Positions 35,457 to 46,279 of a stretch of DNA of 64,000 bases are shown piece by piece. Location: positions 62,001 through 126,000 of IMG/VR virus record IMGVR_UViG_3300002143_000235; one strand, 5' to 3'. The notes beneath the pieces were generated by a model that saw nothing but the letters and a program-made list of their open reading frames with translations, had not been told where the DNA came from and made no database searches. Every line of letters begins with the position of its first letter. Position 1 is the stretch's first letter. The position numbers and the translations under genes are program-made.

Positions 35457-37175
35457 TTATTGAACTGGTTCTTCAGTCGGAGCTTCTCCTTCTGGTTGCG
35501 CTCCAGCAGTGTCATCAGCACCTAAATCAGGTTGAGCTCCCATATCACCACCTTCCATATCACCAAGGTCTCCACCCATATCACCGCCGCCAAGACCGCC
35601 TCCGCCACCACTTGTATCGCCTGGTGTTCCACCACCACCTCCAGGAGATTCTTGCCACATTTTTTCATTAAGCTTAAGATCTTCTTCAGATAACCCAAGG
35701 TATTTCATAGCTAAGAAATCATGGTGAAAGAATGATTTATCTTCATCACGTTTAAATGCATTTTGTAGTTCACCAACAATGTTTACTTTAGCTTGTAAAT
35801 TTGCTAATGCTTTTGCTTCAATAATTTCCGAATTACCATAAAACGTAATGTCTACATCACTATCAAAATCTTTTTTCTTTTCAAGTTCTGGAAAATTTAA
35901 ACAAAGTTGTGTGCGTAATGGCTTTACAAGAATTTCTTTGAAAATCTCTTGAACACGGTCGATAAACTGGTCAAAGTTTTTATCATCATGTGTCATATCT
36001 CCACCAATCATGTAAATGTTACCACCACCTATTGATTTATCAAGTCTAGTTAATGGAAATTTAGTAGCATCTTTAAATGCATTCTTAAACCAATTAAGTA
36101 TATCACTTTCATTAAGATCTGCTCCACCTGGTTGTAGAATCTCCATCTCTGGTGAATTATCTTCACCTTTAGGGAACCAATACTCTTTTGAGTATGGAAG
36201 GTCCTTAGAACCGTCGATATAGATCTCTCCGGTTGTATCATCAAACACAACGTAATCTTTGTAATCTGCAATTAATGTTGCGATTTCCTGTTCTGCTTGT
36301 GCTTGACTTAAACCCGTTGTTGGAATACCGAATTTTTTATGCATTGTCGCATTAATAAGGTTGAACATCAAACGTGAGCGTTCAATACTTTTCAATTCGT
36401 TATATGGTCTAATAAGTGGTTCAACATAAGATGTTTCCATATAAGTAGATCCACCAGCATATGAAATATAAATAACTTCGGCATCAATAAGTAAACGTCG
36501 AACATTACTTTCAGGAATTGTTTGTAGCCAAAATATGATTTTTGTTTCAGGATCTGAAATAGGCATTAATGTACGTGGATCTAATTTCTGAAATCCTATA
36601 ATGTTTTTTCGCTTGTCATCATAGATAATTTCATACGATATGTAACCTTCTACAAGCCAGTCGCGGCAAATATCCCAAGCTTGTGTTTTAATATTAAAAC
36701 CAAACATATCATAAATATTATCGAAGATATCACGAGCAGATTCACGAACTGTTTCAGGATATTCTTTTGGCATATCAACCATATCACAGAAACGTTTATT
36801 TTTACCATAAACTATAAGTTCATTTGTCATTTTTGTAACAAATGTACTAATGTCACCTTTCTTAGCATATTCTTGTAAAATTGGTAACTTTGTTGCATAA
36901 TCTGCTGACAATGATGCAATAGAAGTTTTCTCTTGCATAATTGCATTCATTTTACTTGAGAAACGTGCATAACTAAAACCATCAGAATCGGTGATCATAG
37001 ATCGCTCTTCGTTAGCATGTATACCTTTAGCATTAGTCAAAATAGCATCACCGTAACGTCTACTAAATTTTGATAGTCGTGTAAGTGCATTACCAAAAAA
37101 TCCTGACCCTTGTTGTGGTACAAGACCCGCCAGCATATTTGTATTTTGTTGTCTATATGGATTATGTCCTGCCAT
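35457..37175 (-). CDS. gp20: Portal protein, T4 gp20-like
   Basis: WLVEGYISY, LDPRTL, EYWFPKGE...EILQPGG, FDQFIDRVQEIF; Gly/acidic tail. Confidence 0.9.
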   Translation of the reverse strand: MAGHNPYRQQNTNMLAGLVPQQGSGFFGNALTRLSKFSRRYGDAILTNAKGIHANEERSMITDSDGFSYARFSSKMNAIMQEKTSIASLSADYATKLPILQEYAKKGDISTFVTKMTNELIVYGKNKRFCDMVDMPKEYPETVRESARDIFDNIYDMFGFNIKTQAWDICRDWLVEGYISYEIIYDDKRKNIIGFQKLDPRTLMPISDPETKIIFWLQTIPESNVRRLLIDAEVIYISYAGGSTYMETSYVEPLIRPYNELKSIERSRLMFNLINATMHKKFGIPTTGLSQAQAEQEIATLIADYKDYVVFDDTTGEIYIDGSKDLPYSKEYWFPKGEDNSPEMEILQPGGADLNESDILNWFKNAFKDATKFPLTRLDKSIGGGNIYMIGGDMTHDDKNFDQFIDRVQEIFKEILVKPLRTQLCLNFPELEKKKDFDSDVDITFYGNSEIIEAKALANLQAKVNIVGELQNAFKRDEDKSFFHHDFLAMKYLGLSEEDLKLNEKMWQESPGGGGGTPGDTSGGGGGLGGGDMGGDLGDMEGGDMGAQPDLGADDTAGAQPEGEAPTEEPVQ

Positions 37176-37182
37176 TTATAGT

Positions 37183-37926
37183 TTAAAACAATTTGTTTAT
37201 TAACGCAAGTGATTCCTGTAGGTTCTCATTACGTTTGTCAAGTGATTCATATGTTGAATTTAATTCTTTATTCATTTTTCCATAATCATTTAATAATTCT
37301 GCTATTATTTTCTTATGACGTGCTTCTTGTTCCATTATTTTTTTCTTCCAAATCTGAACAAGTTTTCCATCATCAACACCAGTAAAACGAGATGTTGACA
37401 TAGTTAAGAATTCTGTCAAAATATTTGTTGATACATGATAAATTTTATTGACTAATTTGATATCAAATTCACGTATAGCCCATTCAAATCCAATTGCACC
37501 TAGTAGTTTATATATATTTGCAAAGTTTATTGAGTCAAGTGTTAATTCATTTTCTATTTTTCTTGTTGTATTTTTTTCAATTATACTAAGATTAAAATTC
37601 AATACATTATTAAAAAACATAACACGAATAGCTACTGGTATAAAATTGATAGATAAACCATACAATTTTCTTGTTCCATCACGATCAATCCAATCAATCA
37701 ATAAAATTGGATTAAATTTTTCCATCTTAGATGTCTTACCACTTAAATCGTAGAACATAAAATAAAAATTACCCTTTAACAATTTATTTGCACGAACTTG
37801 TTGCACAACTACACTGTTAGAATTGTTAATTTCATTTGAAAAAAACTCCATACTTTTTAAGTACAAATCTGTTCCATATTCTTTGTGTTTTTCTTTAACA
37901 CCTTTAATAAAAAAATCATTCTTCAT
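37183..37926 (-). CDS. gp2: DNA end-protector protein, T4 gp2-like
   Basis: FYFMFYD...KFNPILLID...LYGLSINFIP..IRVMF pattern; next to gp4. Confidence 0.6.
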   Translation of the reverse strand: MKNDFFIKGVKEKHKEYGTDLYLKSMEFFSNEINNSNSVVVQQVRANKLLKGNFYFMFYDLSGKTSKMEKFNPILLIDWIDRDGTRKLYGLSINFIPVAIRVMFFNNVLNFNLSIIEKNTTRKIENELTLDSINFANIYKLLGAIGFEWAIREFDIKLVNKIYHVSTNILTEFLTMSTSRFTGVDDGKLVQIWKKKIMEQEARHKKIIAELLNDYGKMNKELNSTYESLDKRNENLQESLALINKLF

Positions 37927-37927
37927 A

Positions 37928-38413
37928 TCATTGCTTGTACATGTTCAAATGTTTTTCAGTTACAAGCCAAAATTTCATATCACGTGTTTTACACCACTCA
38001 ACAGCATGTACCCATTTGTATTTATTTTTTTGCCACGTTGCTAATTGGTACTCAAGTTGCTTTAATTTTTTTTGTGATATATTTTTTGGAATCTCTGGTT
38101 CACGTATTTCCTGTTCAGGTTTAATTTCAACAATATATCGATTAATAAGATCAGGAATCTTTGTGTTACGCGTTTCAAGATAAAAATCTGGTATGTATGT
38201 ACGTCCGTGACCAACATAATCTGTATAAGGTATTTTAAATACCTCAGATCCCCAACGTAATACGTATTCATTCATATCACAATATACCATGAATTTATAT
38301 TCCCATGAAGAACGAAAAACAATATCAGTTGGATCTCCAATATATTTTTGTGGATTTTGTATTTTATACTTACCTTGGTGATACTTACCAGGATTATTTG
38401 GTTTCTGTGCCAT
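37928..38413 (-). CDS. gp4: Head completion nuclease, T4 gp4-like (TnsA fold)
   Basis: NPQKYIGDPTDIVFRSSWE, WGSE, YIPDF, VEIKP. Confidence 0.9.
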   Translation of the reverse strand: MAQKPNNPGKYHQGKYKIQNPQKYIGDPTDIVFRSSWEYKFMVYCDMNEYVLRWGSEVFKIPYTDYVGHGRTYIPDFYLETRNTKIPDLINRYIVEIKPEQEIREPEIPKNISQKKLKQLEYQLATWQKNKYKWVHAVEWCKTRDMKFWLVTEKHLNMYKQ

Positions 38414-38414
38414 C

Positions 38415-39254
38415 TTATTTTATCATGTTATTATTAATGTAGCTTTTACAAGCGTCAAGTCCCTGATCATATGTCGTAGGACCTTTTATACCCATTTTGT
38501 ATACACCTTCTTGAAGTACTGTAAAGTAAAACTTCTGCTGATCTTTCGTCTTTGCATTGATAGTGAATCCTTCATACATAATCTGTTCAACTGTAGTTTC
38601 TTCTTGAAGTTCTTTTTTTTCTTCTGAAGTAGCTGTACGAAGTTCTTCAATATAAACATCATCAGCTTTTGGTGCATGAATAGCAATTTTTTTACCATCA
38701 GCTTTAGAGTAAACCCAAATATCAATTTGTTTTTGTACTGGTGTGTCAAGTACCTTTGTATATTTCTTACCTGTACCCGATTTCATGTATGCAATCGTTT
38801 CATGTGCGTGGTATTCTGGATATTCATTTTCATTAGGAAATGTAGCAGAAATTGCTTTATTCAAGATGTTAAGAGCCGGTGATTCAATATCCCATTTCAA
38901 TACATCAAAATCATCATTTTCAAATAATGACGACTGTTTTAATACTACTTGTGGAAGAGCTAAATGAGATAAAAATTCAATCATCTCATCTTCATCAATT
39001 TCATCATCTTTAAGACCATACAAAAGAGTAACATGTGGTGCAATTTCGCGTCCAAACTCATTTTCTTCATTGTTGTAAATATCTTCTTCATCAAGCTCTA
39101 CATCAATTGTATCACCTGTGCTAAAATATCCCATTACGCAACCGTATGAATACGACTGGTCTTCAGATTTTTCGTTTATTGCTTTTGCTCTTAGTTTTGC
39201 TCTTAGTTTTGCTCTTAGTTCTTCTCTGAACTGTTCAAATGTTGGAAAATTCAT
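38415..39254 (-). CDS. 2H phosphoesterase (gp57B/Acb1-like); likely start MNFPTFEQF at 39254
   Basis: Two HxT motifs: PHVTLLYG and YHAHETIAY. Confidence 0.8.
   Translation of the reverse strand: MNFPTFEQFREELRAKLRAKLRAKAINEKSEDQSYSYGCVMGYFSTGDTIDVELDEEDIYNNEENEFGREIAPHVTLLYGLKDDEIDEDEMIEFLSHLALPQVVLKQSSLFENDDFDVLKWDIESPALNILNKAISATFPNENEYPEYHAHETIAYMKSGTGKKYTKVLDTPVQKQIDIWVYSKADGKKIAIHAPKADDVYIEELRTATSEEKKELQEETTVEQIMYEGFTINAKTKDQQKFYFTVLQEGVYKMGIKGPTTYDQGLDACKSYINNNMIK
39183..39218 (-). repeat. 12-bp tandem repeat x3 (LRAK)
   Basis: TTTTGCTCTTAG x3. Confidence 0.9.
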
Positions 39255-39273
39255 ATTTACATAGTGTGGTATT

Positions 39274-39672
39274 TTAAAGGTTGTAGAGTCCCTGACCGTT
39301 ATTCGATGAGTTAATACTAACTGTTCGAATCGTATCTTGTTCCTCTTTTTTGAGGCCTTTCTTATTATACCATGTACCAATGAATTCTGTAGTTGATCGT
39401 TTATGTACTTCGGTAATGTATGCGAAGGCACTGTTTGTTTTATCTGGATTGAACGACTGCCAGTTTTGTAGAATGTTCAGGTAAGATGTTTGGATGGAAT
39501 CTTTTTTATCGTCTTCATTGAAGAACTTACTTTCATTCTTACGAATGGCGTTTTGAACAAGCACATAAATTTGCTGTTCAGCAACTCTGGTTAATCTCCC
39601 AAGTCCTTTAGAAAGGATAATGTTATACGTCAGTTCAACATCATTAACTGGATTTTTCTTTGCTTGTACCAT
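39274..39672 (-). CDS. gp55: Late sigma factor, T4 gp55-like
   Basis: PVNDVEL...DKKDSIQ...NWQSFNPDKTNSAFAYITE matches the gp55 sigma-2 pattern. Confidence 0.7.
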   Translation of the reverse strand: MVQAKKNPVNDVELTYNIILSKGLGRLTRVAEQQIYVLVQNAIRKNESKFFNEDDKKDSIQTSYLNILQNWQSFNPDKTNSAFAYITEVHKRSTTEFIGTWYNKKGLKKEEQDTIRTVSINSSNNGQGLYNL

Positions 39673-39744
39673 CTAGGCTTCATATCTCGTGTTTTTATAC
39701 ACAGTTTATATATGAAATACACAGACTTGTTTGAGCTATATAAA

Positions 39745-39772
39745 AAAAGTGCTTGGTTAACCAAGCACTTTT
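39745..39772 (-). terminator. Intrinsic terminator
   Basis: AAAAGTGCTTGG-TTAA-CCAAGCACTTTT. Confidence 0.8.
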
Positions 39773-39795
39773 CATATTAATGTGTTATAGTGTTC

Positions 39796-41073
39796 TTAAA
39801 TGAACTTTATCTTCTCGTTTTTTACGATTTTAATTTGTTCAGAAATTTGATGACGTTTGCTTAAAAGTCCATTATAAACTTTTTGAACTTGAGTACTTTC
39901 TTTAAGAATAATTCCTTCGTTTTTGATTGCAATAATTGCGTTCTCAACGTCAGTAAGTTTTTCCATTAATACACGTTCTTGTTTTTCAAGATCTGTACGT
40001 TTTTTAAGTTCACCATCAAGTACCGATTCAAAGAAGAATGTAATATCAGCTCCAAGTTCATGCATTACATTTTCAATAAGCGGAAGTGCATTATCAAAAG
40101 TTCTGTAAGACTCACCGATGTGACGGTCGATTCTATACTGTGCAAGTTTTCCTTTATAGTTGAATACGAAACACTCGAATGCAGCATTACCAATGTTGTA
40201 GATGTGTTTCACTGTATCAACCTTCATGAACTTGTCAAGGTTGTTGTACGTCTCTTTCAAGATCGGGTAGTAAGCTTTACCCATAAAAGGGATAAGCGGT
40301 GAGTTGAAAAGTGTTTCAAGTGTTGCATCTTTGTCAGCCTCATCACCGTTCAAGAAGATCTTCTTAGTATCTGTTTCAAATGTTACAGTTAATTCTTCAG
40401 CAATTTTAAATGTAATATGATTCTCAGTAATCTTAGAACGTTTCATAGCATCTTCAAGCGTACGTATCTTACGAAGCGTATCTTGATCGTTAATATGATT
40501 TTCAAGAAGTGTTGCACCAATACCTTGGTCATTCATTAAGAACCATTTCTCAGCAATATATGTTGCATATTCACCAGCATTTACTTCTAATACAATTGAA
40601 AATACATCATCAATTTTACCACCTTTTGACAAATAGTTTTGTTTTGTTTGTGGATTTGTTGCAAGTTCACTAAGAAACATTTTAACCTCAAAGATCCACT
40701 CATACATTTTCAAATCATTAAGAATCTTGATCTTGCGATCTTCATCGTTAGTGACATTAATACACTCTATGAGAGTAGTCAATGCTGATTCATAAAGAAA
40801 ACCATTAGGCATACGATTAATTTTCGCATATAGGTCCTTTAAATTATACAATAGTGTATTATTCTTAAGTTCAGAATCAATTGATTCTAATAACACTGGA
40901 ACAGAATCATAGAATGAATACTGGTTTAATGTAGAAGAAAGTGAGTTGAATATCTCATGCTCAGAATATGAATCGCATAGATTGATGTGTTCAGATACAA
41001 TTGCATCAACTTCCGACTGTTCGTCCTTAAGACCAATACGGTATTCCAACAGTTTTAATTTTAATGATTTCAT
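39796..41073 (-). CDS. Hypothetical, probable virion protein
   Basis: 425 aa, ATATATA upstream, C-terminal coiled coil. Confidence 0.65.
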   Translation of the reverse strand: MKSLKLKLLEYRIGLKDEQSEVDAIVSEHINLCDSYSEHEIFNSLSSTLNQYSFYDSVPVLLESIDSELKNNTLLYNLKDLYAKINRMPNGFLYESALTTLIECINVTNDEDRKIKILNDLKMYEWIFEVKMFLSELATNPQTKQNYLSKGGKIDDVFSIVLEVNAGEYATYIAEKWFLMNDQGIGATLLENHINDQDTLRKIRTLEDAMKRSKITENHITFKIAEELTVTFETDTKKIFLNGDEADKDATLETLFNSPLIPFMGKAYYPILKETYNNLDKFMKVDTVKHIYNIGNAAFECFVFNYKGKLAQYRIDRHIGESYRTFDNALPLIENVMHELGADITFFFESVLDGELKKRTDLEKQERVLMEKLTDVENAIIAIKNEGIILKESTQVQKVYNGLLSKRHQISEQIKIVKNEKIKFI

Positions 41074-41131
41074 ATAACCAAAGTCGGTTTGTAATTTTTA
41101 TTATATATTAATGCTTTTCTGTAGAAAATAA

Positions 41132-41896
41132 TCACTGTACACCATTCATTCCAGGAAGATTTGGATTTGCGCCAAATTGATTGATACCTACGTCCCAGCG
41201 GTGTACATCGTTAGCAAATAATTTACTTGTTGGATCAATAATAGGAAAATATGTATTAATTTCAAAGTTATACGTTGAAACTAATAATTCCTTTTGTGTA
41301 CCATAATTTGATTCTAATACTACAGGATTATCATTTGTTCCAATGAAATTAAAGTTGGCTGTTAATGGCATTCTTTCAAAGGTATAGTTGAAGTACTTAT
41401 ACATAAAGAATACTTTCATCATATTTTGCCATGCTTTAAACACATCACCAACGTTATCCAAAAGAACATCAACTTTGATAGTCAGTTTTAATGGAACCCA
41501 TTTAATTTGTGAGGCAATCTGTATAAGTTCTTCTTCACCTTCTTCTAATTCAGGACTATCCGATAATACAAGAATGTTGTGCCAAACATTGGGATTACTA
41601 AAATCTTCATTCAAAACATCCCAATTTGTTACAGACATTACAGCACGCGGTATTTGATCGGTGTTCATATTCACACGTTTATCAGGAACATCATCAAAAA
41701 ATGCATCCAGAATATAACGTTCATCACCTAATAGTGCATAATTAACTGGTAATACTACATCATATGTTCCATTCTCTTGTGAATGATTCTTCCACGTGAG
41801 CTTATCTTTGATGAAAGCACAAAATCCTACAGCGACATTTCGCAAGTAAACATCTGAAAAATTGTATGGATCGTTAAAATTTGGTTGTTCTGCCAT
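41132..41896 (-). CDS. gp15: Tail completion / sheath stabiliser, T4 gp15-like
   Basis: LRNVAVGF, VLPVNYA, IPRAVMSV, VPLKLTIKVDV pattern. Confidence 0.7.
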   Translation of the reverse strand: MAEQPNFNDPYNFSDVYLRNVAVGFCAFIKDKLTWKNHSQENGTYDVVLPVNYALLGDERYILDAFFDDVPDKRVNMNTDQIPRAVMSVTNWDVLNEDFSNPNVWHNILVLSDSPELEEGEEELIQIASQIKWVPLKLTIKVDVLLDNVGDVFKAWQNMMKVFFMYKYFNYTFERMPLTANFNFIGTNDNPVVLESNYGTQKELLVSTYNFEINTYFPIIDPTSKLFANDVHRWDVGINQFGANPNLPGMNGVQ

Positions 41897-42013
41897 AAAC
41901 TATATACCAGAAATCTTCTTCTATACGTGCACTATGTGCTTATAATACATATGTGGCATAAAAAAATAATTAATTATTTCTAAACACTTTCTTGTTTTAG
42001 ATGTAAAAGCAAC

Positions 42014-42979
42014 ATGAGTGATACAATTGTAAAAAAATTATACTGGGCGCGTTATCGCCCAAAAACTATCGAGGCAATGATCTTATTACCTCGAATTAGA
42101 AAAGAATTGCTTGATAAAGACGAAAATGTTGTTCTTTCAGGAAATTATCTTTTTGTTGGAACTTCTGGAAATGGTAAATCATCTTTAGCTAATATTATCG
42201 CTGGTGATCATGCATTAAAAGTAAATGCTAGTTTTAACTCTTCTGTAGAAGATTTAAAAGATCGTGTTATGGATTTTTGCCGTACAGGTGATATTTTCAG
42301 CGACAATGGTACTAAGATTGTTTGGCTAGAAGAATTTGATGGTGTATCGGCAAAATATCAAGAAGCTCTTCGTGCATTCATTGAAGATCATGAAGATAAT
42401 GTACGTTTTATTGCAACATGTAATAATCTTAGCAAAATATCACCAGCAATGCTTTCACGTTTTACGACAATTAAATTTGATCCAGAAAACGAAATAGAAG
42501 CAAATTTCTTGAAAGATGAATACTTTGAACGTTGTATGCTCATTGTTGATAAAAACAACCTCGAGATCAACGAGGATCAAGTAAAATCACTGATCAATAT
42601 TAATTTTCCTGATCTTAGAAGTGTGCTCAAAGCATTGCAACGTGTGGAAAAAGTTGGAGGCTACAACCAAGGTGTAAATACATCATTGAATGTTGATTTC
42701 TATAATATTGTTTTCTCGGGTATAGATACAGAGAAAACATATAATTGGGTAATTGAATCATTCGGTGATAGTATTGATAATTTGCTCAAATTATGCGGAC
42801 GACCACTTTGTCAATATATTTTCAAAGAAAAAACAGAATATATTGGAGCAATTACAAAGCTAACAGATCTTTACAAAGAATACTCAGCATTATTTGCTTC
42901 AGGTAATATTTTAGATCCAGTTGTTCTTGCTGTTTCTTATATCTATCAGATTCAAGAAACTATTAAAAATTCAAAATAA
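42014..42979 (+). CDS. gp44: Clamp loader large subunit, T4 gp44-like
   Basis: RYRPKT, Walker A GTSGNGKS, LEEFDG, RFIATCN, FPDLRS. Confidence 0.92.
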   Translation: MSDTIVKKLYWARYRPKTIEAMILLPRIRKELLDKDENVVLSGNYLFVGTSGNGKSSLANIIAGDHALKVNASFNSSVEDLKDRVMDFCRTGDIFSDNGTKIVWLEEFDGVSAKYQEALRAFIEDHEDNVRFIATCNNLSKISPAMLSRFTTIKFDPENEIEANFLKDEYFERCMLIVDKNNLEINEDQVKSLININFPDLRSVLKALQRVEKVGGYNQGVNTSLNVDFYNIVFSGIDTEKTYNWVIESFGDSIDNLLKLCGRPLCQYIFKEKTEYIGAITKLTDLYKEYSALFASGNILDPVVLAVSYIYQIQETIKNSK

Positions 42980-42985
42980 ATTAAC

Positions 42986-43294
42986 ATGGCACACAAAGAT
43001 GCATGGACTGAAATCATCAGCACCAACGTTCAGGAATATATTAGTACTGTTAAATTTTCACATCCAGATTTTTCTGTAAAAGAATTTAAAAAAGAATTAC
43101 AAAACATTGTAGGAATGATTCCCGCTGTTGACCTTAAATGGAAAACTGAAACAGTTGTTAATGAATTAAAACGAGATGCTGGTGTAAAAGATTATACAAC
43201 AATTACAGACAAAGTGACTGATGTAAAAGTATATTTTACTTACGTTGATAATAACGGTAAAACACAACCAGTATCATTACATTATATTATTTAA
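42986..43294 (+). CDS. Hypothetical protein
   Basis: 102 aa. Confidence 0.7.
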   Translation: MAHKDAWTEIISTNVQEYISTVKFSHPDFSVKEFKKELQNIVGMIPAVDLKWKTETVVNELKRDAGVKDYTTITDKVTDVKVYFTYVDNNGKTQPVSLHYII

Positions 43295-43300
43295 GTAAGT

Positions 43301-44284
43301 ATGTGGATAATTTTTGATGGAAATTATTTGCTTATGAAGGCAGTATTTGCACTTCATAAAGCAAACCAAATATATGGTAATCTTGAACAACTGTTGACAA
43401 ACAACATTGATAAATATATTGCACTGAATAAGTGGGATAAAATCATTATTGTTTCTGATTCAAGAAAAAAATCATGGAGAAAAGAATACCTTAACAAGTA
43501 TAAAGAGAACCGTGTAAAACAAGAAGATATTGACTGGGAATATGTATTTACCATTTATGCTGAATGGAAAGCTGAAATGACTAAAAAATATTTAGTATTT
43601 GAAGGTGATAATATTGAAGGTGATGATTGGATTGCTTTTACAGCACAATATGGAAACAAACATGGAAATAACACTGTTGTTATTTCTTCTGACCAGGATA
43701 TGTATCAGCTTGTAAATTTCAAAGTAAATGACAAGCGTACAACTATTCATATTCAAGTAGCTGATACAATGGGTTCTGAACTTGTTGTTTTACCTGAAGG
43801 TTGGGAAATTTGGCGTGACGCATTTGGTAAAAATACCGGTAACGATGTATTCAAACTTGACAATTCGGTAGCAAATGTACAGTTCTTCGATCGGATAGTT
43901 GCTAATTGGCAGAATGTTGAGGTCAATCATCACCAACGATTGTTTGAGAAAATAGTTATGGGTGATAAGGGTGACAATATTGATTCAGTTTATCAAACAC
44001 TTACAAAAACTAGCAAGATTGTTGGAATTGGAAAAGCAGGAGCACGTAAGATTTGGGAATTTTACAATGCTAATGTTAATACACATTACATAATTGATGA
44101 AGAATTTTTTGATGATGTTGTGATGTGTTTAGAGCGTGTTAAAAACATTGAACTGCCTCATGGCGTTCGTAGAACAGTACGAGACAATATCAAATTAAAT
44201 TCTAAATTAATTGAACTTAAGTGGACAAATTACCCAGACTGGGTGATGAACGAAATTGTTGAAAAGATTGAAGATTATTTATAA
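43301..44284 (+). CDS. rnh: 5'-3' exonuclease / T4 RNase H
   Basis: IFDGN, SWRK..YKENR, EGDDWI, SSDQDM, MGDKGDNI. Confidence 0.9.
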   Translation: MWIIFDGNYLLMKAVFALHKANQIYGNLEQLLTNNIDKYIALNKWDKIIIVSDSRKKSWRKEYLNKYKENRVKQEDIDWEYVFTIYAEWKAEMTKKYLVFEGDNIEGDDWIAFTAQYGNKHGNNTVVISSDQDMYQLVNFKVNDKRTTIHIQVADTMGSELVVLPEGWEIWRDAFGKNTGNDVFKLDNSVANVQFFDRIVANWQNVEVNHHQRLFEKIVMGDKGDNIDSVYQTLTKTSKIVGIGKAGARKIWEFYNANVNTHYIIDEEFFDDVVMCLERVKNIELPHGVRRTVRDNIKLNSKLIELKWTNYPDWVMNEIVEKIEDYL

Positions 44285-44490
44285 TGGTTAATTTCAATCA
44301 CTCTAAACCTATTGATTTACGTAAGTCTAAACAAAGGCAGGAAAACCAAGTATATAGTACAGAGACATGGATGCTGGAACTTGTCACTTTTGATATTGTT
44401 CCAAATCGAAGTTTTTCTTCTGCAAAAATGCAAGATATGATGGATACATTTTTGAATACATACGACAGCGTAAATCGCTTTAACAAATGA
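44284..44490 (+). CDS. Hypothetical protein
   Basis: 68 aa in operon. Confidence 0.5.
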   Translation: MVNFNHSKPIDLRKSKQRQENQVYSTETWMLELVTFDIVPNRSFSSAKMQDMMDTFLNTYDSVNRFNK

Positions 44491-45155
44491 CTGAATCAGA
44501 ACTCACAGAATACGTCAGAGGTGATCTGAACGAGCTTGGATACACTACGTATGCTGAGGTTTGCATGAAAGGTGGTGGAAGCAAACGCTGCGATATGTAT
44601 GCACGTGTTGAAGATGTTAATCATCCAAATCATAATCACACAATTGTATTTGAAGCAAAGCTTTCATTTACATTTAAAGTACTTGAACAGGCTTATTACT
44701 GGAAAAATCGTGCACATGATTGTTACATTATTGTTCCAGCAACTTACAAGAACATGTCTTCACGAAAATTTGCTCGTGAAGTATGTAAATTATTAGGTAT
44801 TGGCGTAATGGAAGTCAATGTAACTCGTGGTAAATACCATGTAACTGTTAAACCAACAAGATGTGATCATCCAAAATTTCCTACATTGTATGACGAGCAA
44901 AAATTAACATTAGCATCTAATGCACAGAATGAGTATGTTACACCGTTTAAGATTACTGTTAAAAATATTAATGAATACATGGAACACAAGGATCAGGAAT
45001 ACCTGACAGCACTTGTGAAGAATATCAAACATCATTACAAAGGCGATATCGGTGCAACAAGAACAATTCGTTATTTGATTGATCAAGGCGTTATAAAAGG
45101 ATACCACATAATTAAAGAAAAGAACAAACTTTTATTAAAAAAACATGGATTTTAA
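44487..45155 (+). CDS. PD-(D/E)XK-like nuclease
   Basis: AEV...RCDMYA...FEAKL...LEQA. Confidence 0.6.
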   Translation: MTESELTEYVRGDLNELGYTTYAEVCMKGGGSKRCDMYARVEDVNHPNHNHTIVFEAKLSFTFKVLEQAYYWKNRAHDCYIIVPATYKNMSSRKFAREVCKLLGIGVMEVNVTRGKYHVTVKPTRCDHPKFPTLYDEQKLTLASNAQNEYVTPFKITVKNINEYMEHKDQEYLTALVKNIKHHYKGDIGATRTIRYLIDQGVIKGYHIIKEKNKLLLKKHGF

Positions 45156-45540
45156 AACTATAGTGAACTGTATGTTCCAAAATAAAATACAATGGAATTC
45201 ATTAAGTGATAAAGATAAAGAAGATTTTTTCTTTATTATCAATCGCTATATGTCTAAAAAATATCCAATCCATGCACAAAAATTTAATGATAAAAATATT
45301 GATAAAGCTACAGCAATGGATATATGGTTTATGTTTATGAAACGTGAATCACGTGTTCCATTTTGGTTTTGGAAAGGCCCAACAAAAAAGAAAGATCCAG
45401 AAATTAAAGGTTGGCAATCAGTAATGGAGTTCAATGATATGAATATGCAGGATATATACACATTATGTGAAATGTTTCCAAATGACGTCAAAGAAGAAGT
45501 TAAACGTATTGAACTTATTAGAAAGGAGACAGAAAAATGA
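45145..45540 (+). CDS. Clamp loader small subunit-like (gp62)
   Basis: FFFIINRYMSK; near gp44. Confidence 0.5.
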   Translation: MDFKTIVNCMFQNKIQWNSLSDKDKEDFFFIINRYMSKKYPIHAQKFNDKNIDKATAMDIWFMFMKRESRVPFWFWKGPTKKKDPEIKGWQSVMEFNDMNMQDIYTLCEMFPNDVKEEVKRIELIRKETEK

Positions 45541-45935
45541 TTATTGATTTTTGGGAAAATGTGCATCTATTTAATGATGCCAAAACATTGAAAGAAAAAG
45601 CACGCGAATACTATACAGAAGATTTTATATCTGATTATACAAAATGGAAAAAAAACTTATCAATGTTTAATTCACTTGTTTACGACGATATGCTTGATAA
45701 TGATATGGATCCTACTGTATGGGTGGATATGACATATGATGTATTCTGTCAATCTGTTAATGATGGTATTGAAGCATGTATCGAAGCTAATGGAACAATT
45801 GTTCCAACAGATGTAACAAATGTATTAAATGACATGCGTGTGAATCATCTTTACGTAATGCTTGAGGCAACAAATCATAAACGATTTACACTTGGGTCAA
45901 TCATGAGTAGTATAAAAACAGTAAAATTCTTGTAA
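45537..45935 (+). CDS. Hypothetical protein
   Basis: 132 aa. Confidence 0.65.
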   Translation: MIIDFWENVHLFNDAKTLKEKAREYYTEDFISDYTKWKKNLSMFNSLVYDDMLDNDMDPTVWVDMTYDVFCQSVNDGIEACIEANGTIVPTDVTNVLNDMRVNHLYVMLEATNHKRFTLGSIMSSIKTVKFL

Positions 45936-46279
45936 TGCCATTAATTCCTTTTAATTTAGAATTAAAACTCAAATCAGAGTTTGAAAAGTTAGAAAATAAA
46001 TTATTTGAAGCACTCAAAGATAAAGCTGACGGAATTTATCATATCCAAGAACAATTAGATAAAGTAATGTCAAAAAATATACCAAAAGGTAATTTTGATG
46101 CCGAGGCATACAAGAAAAAACTGTGGGAAGTCATTGCCCGTGAATGGGCTACAGCTCTTGCAAAACAACACACAAAAATTCTGGCTGAAGATGTATCAAA
46201 AATTCTAGCTAACGAAATAACTGCTTATATCAAAACTGCAACAGTTGCAGTTTCAGGAACTACCGGAATAATTACTTAA
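45935..46279 (+). CDS. Hypothetical protein
   Basis: 114 aa. Confidence 0.65.
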   Translation: MPLIPFNLELKLKSEFEKLENKLFEALKDKADGIYHIQEQLDKVMSKNIPKGNFDAEAYKKKLWEVIAREWATALAKQHTKILAEDVSKILANEITAYIKTATVAVSGTTGIIT

